Below the pieces are notes generated by a model. It was not told the origin of the DNA. It did not search any database and was given only the letters and a program-made list of their open reading frames with translations. The position numbers and the translations under genes are program-made. A stretch of 64,000 nucleotides of DNA from Mobula hypostoma (Eukaryota), in the NCBI RefSeq assembly GCF_963921235.1, contig NC_086097.1:204602001-204666000 (forward strand), given 5' to 3'. Shown here piece by piece: positions 48,275 to 59,432 of the stretch. How positions within the stretch are numbered: position 1 is the first letter of the stretch; each line of letters begins with the position of its first letter.

Positions 48275-48505
48275 ATTCAAGAGGTAATGGTGCAGCTCCA
48301 TAGAACTCTGGTTAGACCACAAGTGGGATATTGTGTTCAGTTCTGGTTGCCTCATTAGAGGAAGTATGTGGGCACTTTAGAGAGGGTGCAGAGTATATTT
48401 ACCAGCATGCTCCCTGGATTAGTGAGCATGCCTTATGAGGATAGATTGAGTGAGCAAGGTCTTTTCTCTTTGGAGTGAAGCAGCATGAGAGGTGGCTTGA
48501 AAGAG
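48275..48505 (+). mobile_element. CR1 fragment
   Basis: TLVRPQVGYCVQFWLPH..LERVQ..FSLE..MRGGL. Confidence 0.75.
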
Positions 48506-51500
48506 GGGCAAAGATCGACTGTTATAAATGTCACAGAGCAGCGAGCAGAACCAGCCCAACTCTTACTTCTGTTCTCAACACTCTGCCTTTTCAATCGATC
48601 TAGCCTGGTGTTTAAATCATCCAAACGTTGGGTCATTTCTCACTCTAAGGCTTGGTCCCTGTGGCATTGTTACATTCCAGGCCTGAACTCCACAGCCATG
48701 CTTCAGCCTATGCCCCACTTTTCCAAATTGGCCTGGAGCTTAGATCGATCAGAACTCCCATCAGTTTAGATGGATGTGCCTCGAATTTGCCTCTCCTCTG
48801 CTCCGACCTTTCTCCTTTCCACTCGCCTTGACTTCACCTTGAATATGCCTCAATCTCACCCTGACTGCGCTTTGGACGTGCTTCGACCTCGCCGCGGCCT
48901 TGCCTCGCACCCGTATGCTTCGACCCTTGTCTCTTCATTGACTGGTGATCATTTACAATAATTTTTTTTTTTTTTGAAACAGAAAACTGTTATTAATGAA
49001 GTATTTAGTTCTATTCCTTGTTTTGTTAACCACCAGTGAGTAGTCACTCATCTCCAATGGTCTCATCTTAAACCCGATATTCATATAGTAGTTAATATCT
49101 GCAGTAATTATTGCTCAGAAACTTAACTACCCAACTTCTTAAAAGGTGGCTAGCAATAACAATCCATTACTGGGTACAGTTGAGAGAATTAGGCTGTAAC
49201 TGATTACTTGAATTGAAAGATAATTTTCTTATGATCAGGACACTATGTAGGTATAACGATCTAATTTTTGTTTTGTCAAAATGTTATAGTTTAATATTTT
49301 ATGATTGACAAAATTATCAACTATGATATGTTGTCTTAGAATTTAGATGTTCATGGTTACATGCTCAGTGTATTTTAATCACTGTACAAACTGTGATTTT
49401 ATGTCATTCTGAAAAGTATCTGTTCAAGTAAACTGGTTAGCGAAGGAAGTTGAGTTTTGACTGAGCACTGTGCGATGTGAGGAGTAACCTGCTTCTACAA
49501 TTCCCTGTGAATCAAGAAACACATAAATAGAATTCTATCAGCTACATGCCCTGAGAGAAAATAAAACTAATTTGGTAATAGGAAAAGGCAGCAGTTGTCA
49601 CATTGACATAAAAAAGAAAGTGCTGGGAAAACTCAGCAGGCTGGACTTTATCCATAGAGGCAGAAAGAAAAGTTAATATTTCAAGATGAAGTCCTTGCTT
49701 CAGCAGTTTTTCATTAGTTGTTCCAGAATCTTACAATAAGAGCCTCCCCAGAAGATGAAAAATTGTTTTACTTCTAGTGCAATCATGATTATAATGTGAC
49801 ATTTAGATAGTTAGCTGCATAAAAGTCTCATGGTGATATTGCAAATCCATTGAGGTTAGATTAATGTTATAGCTGTCCATTTGCAGAAGAGAGGCATTGT
49901 TCAGTTCTGCAAGAGCAACACATTTCCATCCCTTCACAGTATGTAATATAATTTGTCACATTGCATAGGGTCAGAAGGCTGGGGCTAAAACAAATATGAT
50001 TTGTGATCTAGTTAAAAGGCAGATAAAGAAGAGCAGCAGTGAAGAGCCGTGTAGTGGGAAAGGATGTCACAACTGGGATGCCAAAGCACGAGCACTGAGA
50101 ATTCATCTATTTTCAATCTATATCTTTGACTTAGATGAACAGACAATCTGCAAGTTATTCACATTTGCTGATGACAGAAAGACAAGCAGGAAAGTCAGCT
50201 ATGAGAAGGACACGAGGGATATAGATAATTTACGGTTTAGGAAACTGGTGGACAATGTGGCGTTTTGTTTGAAAGAATAGCAAAGCAGAAATGCTATTTT
50301 AAATAATAATAATCCAGTAATTTAGCTGGATTGATGGACCCTGAGTTCTGATATAAAGACACAGTTAATCATCATAAAAAATAGCATGCAATCAGGAAAT
50401 GGGATAATGCAAGAAGCAGAGAATACAGGGGGAAGCTGGTTTTGTTGTACATGCATGGGATTTTGCTGTGACAGATATTCACTTTCCAGGGCTCAAGGGA
50501 CTTGTTGCCAACCTCAGTTTTCGAGCACAGTGGCATGGCAGCTTTGCAAACAAACAGCACAGTCTATAGAGAACTGGCTGCTGGCCCACACTAGGAGATT
50601 GGCTGCTGAAGAGATATGGTTTTCAGAGTGAAGTTTTTGTTCACGAGACGTTCTTGTCTCCATCAGCCAAGTATAAGACAATAAGGTGATGTTAATTGGC
50701 CTACATCAAACCAGGCAATGATAGCTAAGTTATCTGCATCATTGTGACAGGGATCAAGGAACCTTCCAGGCCAGACTTACTTTGTGACTTAGTACATGGT
50801 CACAGGTATAATCAATCAATAGCTGGAACATCTGGGTACCCAAAGAGTCAGCCCTTACAGTATTAGTTTTGGGTGTCTGAGATCTCTGTCCTCAGAAACA
50901 TTTAGAATCTTTATCCCAGCAAAAGTATCTGAGAAACATCAAATGCAAAAACGTCACCTAGTAGCAAAATAGTATAAATGTTAGAAAGCATTGGGTATTG
51001 TTAGGAATGATGAGGAGAATAACAGAAAGAATGCGTAACAGAAAGAAGAACAGGAATTCATTCCTTAACCTTCCGTTTCTGTGACAGATGACTCATTTGT
51101 CTGCAATTCATTTTATGTTTTCTTAGACTGCAAGAATTGTGCCTGTGTGTAGAAATCCTTTGTAGTTTATAAATCTTTTGTAATTTGGAAATCTTTTATA
51201 AATCAGAAATCCTCTGTGAGTTTTAAATGTGCATTAAGAATTATTTGTCTAGATGTAAACATGTATCACTAAAATGAAATAAAATGTGTCTAAATTATTT
51301 TGTTAGCTGGAAGTATTCTCTCCTTAGTGGGGAAAGGGAACTCATCACTCAAATAGTGGGTATTGGCAGCTAGACTTGATCGCAGAGGCAAGTCAGGGAA
51401 GTAAGCTCGTCTTTGCAGAACAGGTTGACACAGTATAACTTTCCTTTGTGAGGGAACCCGTAGATAACTATATGAGATGGGGCCTAAAATCTTTGTTTGA

Positions 51501-52065
51501 GTATAGGGCTTTGTGAACGGTGAACCCACTACCATCACATTACTTTGAAGAAATTAACTTGGTTTTCAACTCTGTATCTAAGGTCGAGTATACTTGCCCT
51601 TGTACAGTGCATATTTCCTAGCTTGATTTCAGGGATGAATAGGGTCTCTGAGGAGACTAAGAGAGCAATGTTCAATGAAGGTTGATAAATCAGAAATGAC
51701 CCTATTGAAATAAATCACTTTTCAAAGAGAATTGACAGGCTTGCTTTGAGAATTCTTTCTATTGGCTGAGGGATTGAACAGTAGGGTGCTTAACTGACTA
51801 TGGAAGCTTTATGAGTGACTATCAGATCTATCCACACTATCCTTTGGCCTTAACAGTCACATACTTATGGACACTGATTGTAGCATATGCTCAATCGTGA
51901 TTGGCTGGATCTGAGGTGCCTAATCCTGATTGGTTAGTTTGAATTGACCATGCTCTGATTGGTCAACTTATGGGCCAAAACCTCTTTAGGAATATGTGGT
52001 CCCAGACCAGAGCTACCACTCCACTATTAGAACCAACATTTATGTCCCCTACATGCTCTATCTCT

Positions 52066-52275
52066 AGCATTCCCTTCCTTGCCAAAGATACTGGCCTCAT
52101 CAAACCTTGGTTTACATGAGCATAATAGGCAGAGTTCAGTGATCCTACTTCATTCTGCTCTCAAGTTTTTTAAGGCACTCTTATCTTCTGCTATCCTGGT
52201 CTTCAATAGCCTTCCAGTCTCACCAATATCTGCTGTTTGGCATGGTGCTAGAGGTATGGAGTACACAACTCCCTG
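52066..52275 (-). pseudogene. GIY-YIG endonuclease domain remnant (PLE)
   Basis: Manual translation: QGVVYSIPLAPCQTADIGETGRLLKTRIAEDKSALKNLRAE*SRITELCLLCSCKPRFDEASIFGKEGNA (VVY..[Y]IGETGR..R..E[H] signature, one stop). Confidence 0.8.
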
Positions 52276-52370
52276 ACACATGAGCGAGCATTAAGTCCCA
52301 CACGTGTCCTCCTCACTCGAGAGGGTATATAAGGAGGTATCTTGAGGGAGACTTGTCATTTGACTAACTT

Positions 52371-52413
52371 GTGCCTGAGGAAAATGGTTGGGTTTACTGT
52401 TGAAATGTTGCTC
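52371..52413 (+). ncRNA. Decayed minimal hammerhead ribozyme motif of the second PLE family
   Basis: GUGC CUGAGGA A AAUGGU-UGGGUUU-ACUGUU GAAA UGUU^GCUC; reverting CpG decay gives a perfect AACGGU/ACCGUU stem II and the GAAACGUU palindrome. Confidence 0.62.
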
Positions 52414-53921
52414 TCAGTATCTGTAAATATGTGATTGTTAAGGCCAAAGTGTGGATAGTAAGGTGCTTAATCAGAGCGTCAGGGATCAGTTACATAGGTT
52501 AGCTTTGTTTGTCACATGTACATTGAAGCATCGAAATATCAACACATACAAAACAATAGTGATATAAGCCCCTTTCCTCCTTCTCACACACTCATCCACC
52601 CACTTACACATGGAGGAAATCCTCAAGTCACAGGACAGGCATCAAGCCTCCAGAGGACTGCAGATGTCGGGTGTCTGACCTCCCCAGTTTCACAGACATA
52701 GAGCTTCGACCAACAGGCCTCAACATTTGATTGATCTTCAGGCTCATTCTTCAGAATTGAGGCCAATAACAGGACCCTGAACTTGGGCCTGGAACTCCAG
52801 ACTCGCTGACTCACATAACTGAGGCATAACTAGCCCTCATGCCTCCTGCCCACATGGACCTGCCAAACTGAGGGACTCGCTGACCTTGGGGGCTACTAGA
52901 TCTTGTCCTTGCTGGTCTTCATTCACAGCGCTTGCCGACCCTACATCTGTCCACTGATGTCCTTCGCCACACATCCACATCACTGGCCTGAGAGCGCAGA
53001 GATGAGGCCTAATCTGTGGCCTGACCGCTAACCACATCACAGTCCTGTCCCTAAAACCCACCCTGACACCTTGCTCCCCCTTCTGTCACCAAAACCATCC
53101 CTACACACCTAAAAAGCAACTAAGTGTGAACTACAGCCTTGATGGAGACCACAGTGCAACATCATCTTGACCTTTGTACACCGGACAGGCAATTTGCCAC
53201 ACAATGTTGTGCAGATCTTGATGCTAATTTATACTAAATGTCCTCCTCCTGTGAATCATCCATATCCCTCCATTCTCTTCATATTCATGTACCTATCTAA
53301 AAGTCTTCTAAACTTCACCAAACTGCCTTATTCCAACTCAACCTTTGGTAACTCATTCCAGGCAACTACCATTCTCTTTTAAAACTTGCTTCACACATCG
53401 CCTTTAAACATCCCCCCCTCACCTTAAAGTCATGTCCTCTGGTGTTTGACACTTTCACCCTGAGGAAGAGATTCAATGCCTCCCCTAATCCTTTTCCTCA
53501 GTGAATACAAACACAGAGTAGTCATTTAATACTTCAGCCACTTGCTCTTACTCTAAACTCAAATCCCTTTATTTATCCTTGAGTGGATCTATCCTCTTTT
53601 TAAATGTAAAATACCTTGCCTTCTCCTTGATTCAGCTCACCAAGAACATTTCATTCCCCTTTTGGCTTTCCTAATCATCTGCTTGAGCACTTTCATATTA
53701 TTATATTCCACAAGGACCCAATCTTATGTTAGCATTCTACACCTTGCATATGCTTCCGTTTTCTTCCTGACTTCATTGAAGATTCCCTTACCTTACCACC
53801 TTTTCCTGAACATACCGATACTGAACTCTGATCAGCTAGTCTTTAAACAACACCCATAAGTCAGGTGTGGACTTGGTTAACAGCAGCTGATACAAATCCA
53901 TGACTTTTAGCTCCAGTCTTA

Positions 53922-54666
53922 AGGCTGATTTATACTTGTGCATACTAACTTATGTCATAGCCTACGCAAGTGGGCTATGCCATTGTGAGCGTTTATACTT
54001 GTGCGTTGGTGTGTCTGCATCGCTCTGCAATTCACTGCCAAAATGCTAGTTGGCAGTGGGGATCCTATGCCACTGTGTTGAGCTTCTTTGTGCTGAAACT
54101 CAACACGAAGAAACTCAAACTTCATACAATGGCGACTGAGGGTGAATTTTCTGTGCTTGTCCGGCCACTGAGAGACATGGACGAGGAAATGCCTTTCAAA
54201 TATTTTCTGATGTCGACAGGTAGATTTGACGATTTGGTTCATTGTCTCCAACCAGTTATTTCACATCAGTGTTCGTACAGTATACTCAGAGACTGGCAAT
54301 CACCATTCGAGTTTTAGCTTCGGGTGGAAGTCAACAGGCTGTAGCAGCTAGCTACAAACTGGCATCAAGCACAGGGTCCTCCATAATTTCGGAGGTCTGT
54401 AAATCTTTATGGAAAGCATTACAGCCAGAGTTCCTTCCCTGCCCTTCAGTCACTCAATGGAAAGCTATTGCAGCGTAGGAGGAAATACGATGCTACCAAG
54501 TGGACCAATCACAGTTGTTTCGGTCTGCGTCGCTGCGATGTGTAGTTACATTTTGGGAGAAGTGCGCGTTAGGCTACGGCATAGGGTTCGGCGTAGAGTG
54601 GAGTGTAGGGTACATGGCTACACCATACCTACGGCATACATTTGACACACAAGTATAAATCAGCCT
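53922..54666 (+). mobile_element. PIF/Harbinger internally deleted transposon (745 bp) with transposase remnant
   Basis: Perfect 19-bp TIR AGGCTGATTTATACTTGTG; TSD TTA; peptides [33 protein letters not shown] and [38 protein letters not shown]. Confidence 0.92.
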
Positions 54667-54707
54667 TTATCCTGTCATAACTTGCTCAGCCTAATTTAGT
54701 ACCAGCA

Positions 54708-54875
54708 GGCCGGTGGCGCAGTGACATCAGCGCCGGACTCTGGAGTGAAGGTTCCCGAGCTCAAACCCAGTCGGGCCGCTCCCGGGCATGCTTTCCATCC
54801 GTGCCGGGTTGAGTGTCGAGCTCGCAACTTGGCCTCATAAAAAAAACTGCGCTGTGAGAAGGATGTGAGGGACCA
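54708..54875 (+). mobile_element. tRNA-derived SINE (not V-type)
   Basis: Head GGCCGGTGGCGCAGTG (A box), B-box-like GAGCTCAAACCC, CpG-rich body, A-run at ~54839-54847. Confidence 0.6.
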
Positions 54876-55154
54876 CTCACAGAATCTTCCTCCAAGACAA
54901 CCACTTGAAATGTGGTCGCTGAGGCTCTGGCAGAGTATGGCACATACTTATAAAAAAATTTAAAGCCGTCCCACAAGATCCAATTGTATCCTTAGTCATA
55001 ACTATCATAAAGCATACTGAGTTGTAATCACTAATTCCAAGATGTTCACCCACTATCAGGCCTGTCACCTGGCCTGACTCATTCCGAGTATGTTTTCTCT
55101 TCAACTTGGATTCTCCACATACAGTTTCAAGAACCCCTCTCGGATGCACTGAAG

Positions 55155-55385
55155 GTTATTCATGAAACATATCAACTCCCGCCTGAAGCATTACTTGGAT
55201 CCACCCTAGTTTGCTTATTGTCACACCAGGTCAACAGGATTTCATTGGCTTTTGACTCAGCCTTGGAACATCTGGACAGTGAACATCTGGATTCTCTTCA
55301 TTGACTACAGCTCAGCATTCAACACTATCATCCCCTCAAAAATATTCAATGAGCTCCAAAACCTAAGCTTTGATACCTCCTTTCT
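55155..55385 (+). mobile_element. Rex1/Babar-like RT fragment
   Basis: [22 protein letters not shown]. Confidence 0.7.
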
Positions 55386-55389
55386 TTTC

Positions 55390-57225
55390 TGGTTTCCCTT
55401 TGGATCATCTCTGCTGTAATGGGGAGACTTTTGATCTGCATCCAAGAAACAGAGACCATCTCTGCATCCATGCAAAGGCTACGGATGTTCACTGCCATCA
55501 CTCATAACATGTGACATGGCTGCACCCATACCATAAAGCGAGATATCAAAGGCAAGCTTCACTGGATGGTGTGGATCATGATGTGTGAGTACAGTGTCTG
55601 ACATCACCATTTCCTTTACCTTTTGGAAAGTCACCTCACACTGCTTTGTCCATTGCCATTTCTTCCCGATCTGTAGTAATGGGTTTAAGGGGTGGAGCTC
55701 CAGAGCTAGGCTTGGCAGGAACCTGTTGTAGTAATTGACAAGTCCTAAAATAAAAATCACAACTGTGACATGTCATTTAGCCTTGGGGTATCCACCACTG
55801 CTTGAATTTCTTTCAGCACACAATCCTTGAGCAACAATGAAGTGACCACAGTATGTGATGCTTGGTTTAAAGAATTCACACTTGTTGCATTGTGCTCCAA
55901 GTACACAATCTTTTTAACACTGTCTTGTGCTGTTACTTGCTTTTATTGTTTGCATGATATGTGTTTTTTTTTCTCTCTCTGCACATTGGGTGTTGACCTT
56001 TTTTGAATTGGGTTCTTTCTGGTTTCTTGTCTTGTGGCTGCCTGACAGCAGACGAATATCAAGGTTGTATAATTTATACATACTTTGATAATAAATGTAC
56101 TTTGAACTTTGAGATTTTGGAGATGTTCCTTGTCATCCTCACCCTTAATGATGTCAGCCTTGCAGCATCTTGTTCATAGCTTTCTGCTAGAGTACGGGTA
56201 CAGATGCTCATCCAAAAATAACCCTGTTACTGTATAGCGATAAAGCCCTTTGTGAGTGTTTATGGTGAGAAAAACTTTGGACTCTCTTTTATCTCCATCT
56301 GCAGGTAGGACTGAATTAAGTCCACTTTCTGAAGCATTTCCCTTCAGAAAAGTTTGCAAATATATCCACCTTCCGGAGCAGATTCTGACAGACCTATTTT
56401 TCTTGACTACTGGGAATACTGGTGTTGCCCATGGGCTCCGATCAACCTTGAAAAGAATTTCTTCTGCCTCCATGTGTTGTAGCTCACAGGCTACTTTATC
56501 ACGGATGGTATAAGGAACCTGACCGGGTATGTAAAACTTTGGTGTGGCATTTTTATTTAACACTATTTTACCCTTGATTTGTCATCCTTGAACATGGTTG
56601 TGACATCATCCAGTACCTTTCTTAATTTGCTTTCAGTTGACACTACTGCAAGGGATGTGGCATGCAAATAGCGGATGGATCGCCAATCAAGTTGTAGTTG
56701 TCTCAGCCACTCATGCCCCCACAATGCTGGCCCTCTTGGTTTTACCATAAACATGCCCAACATGGCTTGCTGGTTGGTGGAAATCTGATGGCTTCGGCTC
56801 AGTATCTTTGAAATGCCGTTCAAACTCATTTTGTGGAATGATTGAAACAAATGAATGAATGTCCAATTCCACTTTAATTAATTTGCCATTCACTTCTGTT
56901 GTAAGCCATATTACTTGTCAATTGCTAGTTTTCACGTTTTAAATCTCAACACTTCCCAGTCCTGTGTCACTCACATTATTACCAGATTGTTCATTAATTA
57001 CATGCAGATTAGGGCTTTTTTTTTTGAAATGGCAATTTGATATTTTATCTTTTTCTCTTCCATGTGCAGTCTATTTACTTTTTCTTCCTAACATGCTTTT
57101 TGTATGTGTCCTACTTTGTTGCATTTTCTGCAAGTTTCACCTTTAAGCCTAGTGTTTGTGAGCCCTTGCCACGACAGCTAACACAATTGGTTTGGATAAG
57201 CGGGTTTCTGTTCTACCATCATGCC
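55390..57225 (-). mobile_element. Degenerate Gypsy LTR retrotransposon internal region, with a LINE 3' end inserted at ~55925-56112
   Basis: NGKLIKVELD (protease), PALWGHEWL, VPYTIRDKV..SPWATPV..KKNRSVRIC, INTHKGLYRY (RT), LGLVNYYNRFLP..LAFDISLYGMGA (RNase H). Confidence 0.85.
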
Positions 57226-57244
57226 TCCAAGTACCCTGCAATCA

Positions 57245-58030
57245 CGTGCTTAACAATTCAACTCCAACATCTTCCAAACCATTGATGTCTGACTAACTGA
57301 CCTGTAATTTCCTTTCTTCTGCCTCTCTCCCTTCTTAAAAGTAGAGCAGCATTTGCAGTATTCTGTTTCTCTGGAACCATGCCAGAATCAATTCATTCTT
57401 GAAAGATCATTACTAACTCTCCATAGTCTCTTCCACCACCACTTTCAGGACTCTGGCATATATATACCATCTGATCCAGGTACTTATCTGCCTTCAGAAC
57501 TTTCAGTTTCCCTGGACCCTTCTCCCTTGGAATGGCAACTTCACAGACTTCTGCCCTCTGACACTCTTAAACTTCCAGCATACTGTTAGTGCCTTCCACA
57601 GCAAAGGGTGATGCAAAATACTTACTCAGTTCATCCACCATTTCCTAGTTCCCCATTACTACCTCTCCAGCATCACTTTCCTGCAGTCCGATACCCACTC
57701 TCAACTCACTTTAACACTATGTATCTGAAGAACCTATTGGTATCCTCTTTAATATTACTAGTAGTTTACCTTTGTATTTCACCTTTTCCTTCTTAACGAC
57801 TTTTTTAAGTTGCCTTCTGTTGGTTTTTAAAAGTTTCCTAATCATCTAACTTCCACCAAATGCTTGTGCGATTATATGCCCTCTCTTTGGCTTTTATGTG
57901 GTTTTGACTTCTCTTGTTAGCCACAGTTGTGGCACCTTGGGATGCATGTATACATCCTCTTTGGGATGTATACATCCTGTGCCTTCTGAATTGCTTCTAG
58001 AAATTCCATCCGTTGTTACTCTGCCGGTCT
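57245..58030 (-). mobile_element. Degenerate CR1 fragment
   Basis: Reverse-complement similarity to the pre-RT CR1 region at 18400-19130. Confidence 0.7.
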
Positions 58031-58419
58031 TCATGAGAACCAAGCAATACCAACAAATTCCAGTACTCAAGATGCCTCCAGTTCATTGTGAATGCTGTGT
58101 CTGGATGCTTGTGAGGCTGCTGAGAGTCAGAGTCACCTTGATCTTAACCTTGACAGAAGGCCAATCTATACTTGGAGTTGATGGTAGCTCTTTCCCCAGA
58201 ATGTCATTTCCTGTTTGTCAGTGAGGACAGCCTTGGAAAACATAAGCCTGCAAATACATTGCTCATCAGCAAAGCCCAGGAAGTCAAAAGTGTCTCTTTA
58301 CAAGCAAACACACACTTACCTTCTGCACCACATGGCCACATGTTGGCGTGTCCAATGGCTGCAGTGATCAGCCAATGGATGTTATTTCGATAGGTGAATG
58401 CCAGAGAAAAATCTTTGTA

Positions 58420-58885
58420 TGACTTCTTATAAATTTTAATGGCGGTTAGCAGACCAACACAGGGTGCATTACCGTCACCTACTGAGTTGGAGTGTGGAGC
58501 GAAGTAACAGGAAGTACACCCACCAAATCCGCCCCCTCCCCACCCACAAAAGAAAAAATCAAATAAAACCAAGAAGGCTAATGCTTTTCAGAAAGACAAA
58601 TATGTACCTACATACATTACCCTGGCAGTGATCTCCTAACAATCTTTCCATTAACCTGTGTCTGCCTGAAAGATTTCAAATTAGCAATTAAATGGTTCTT
58701 TTGCACCTCACAGGAACTGCATTCCAACAATATATGCTGCACCATTCCTTGACAAGTGCTCTCCCTACAAATGCTCGTATCATGCATATTAGTTCTCAAC
58801 AAGGAATTATTCATCCTAGTAGGTCCAATATGCAAACATGTCATTATAATTTCTTCCCTCATTTATACCCATCTCCCAGTTGAGA
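58420..58885 (-). mobile_element. I/Nimb-like LINE 3' end
   Basis: C-terminal knuckle REEIIMTCLHIGPTRMN..ICRESTCQGMVQHILLECS; 3' UTR tccacactccaactcagtaggtgacggtaatgcacc. Confidence 0.6.
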
Positions 58886-58889
58886 TCAC

Positions 58890-59432
58890 ATGATCCTCAG
58901 GTTCAGCTAGCAGCTTAATCTATGGGAAAGCAGCCTGCAGCCCAGCCAAACTTGAGAAATCTTGTTCGGGTGGATGCTGCGTGATGTGTTGCCCTGTTAC
59001 AAGTCAGTACCACAAAATAACAAACAGTACCCAATATTCAATTAAATGATTGAGCTTTATAATCCTTAATTTGACTATAGTTTAGTGAAGAAACAAAACA
59101 GAAAAAGGGCCCATTCTCATGAAACAGTCTAATTTGCAACGTTGGAGCTCACAGTTTTCCCCGTCTGTTCATTCTCCATTGATTTTCCTCTTGAGCATCG
59201 ACTCCGGACCCCATTCCAAGTACACTCCGTCCTGCAGACTACGACTTCCCCGTTCTGGCATCTTCTCTCTTCATCTTCCGCCGAACAAAAGACCTTGAAA
59301 CCTTCACGCAAAAAAGAGAAAATCTCCCCTCCTTGACCAGCACAATTTCAAAAGTCCCTGTCATCTCTAGTAATAACCCAAATACTGCTGCCACAGAGAA
59401 ACCATTACATTAGCATGAAACATTACAGTGCA
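58890..59432 (-). mobile_element. 3' LTR of the adjacent Gypsy element (distal boundary approximate)
   Basis: Directly follows the polypurine tract (minus strand GGGGGGGGGAAG, 59433-59444) and starts with TG. Confidence 0.6.

Larger units (their letters stand above)
51794..52458 (-). mobile_element. Penelope/Poseidon-like PLE (second family): GIY-YIG remnant, inverted terminal repeat and 34-nt tail
   Basis: Inverted arms at ~51828-51877 and ~52414-52458; TSD TAGGGTGCTTAA / TAAGGTGCTTAA (51782-51793, 52459-52470); GIY-YIG frame at 52066-52275. Confidence 0.8.
53185..55150 (-). mobile_element. Degenerate CR1 fragments hosting a Harbinger element and a SINE
   Basis: CR1 3' UTR-like segment at 53185-53480; GEHLGISDYNSVCF endonuclease motif at ~55000-55060. 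Confidence 0.6.

Noticed and set aside
53970..54478. Domesticated host gene (HARBI1-like; likewise a ZBED/SCAND-like gene at 26-28 kb)
   Set aside because: Both are frameshifted, internally deleted and flanked by TIRs and TSDs, so they are transposon relics.
54708..54780. tRNA gene
   Set aside because: No intact cloverleaf or anticodon stem, and the B box is degenerate; a SINE head explains it better.
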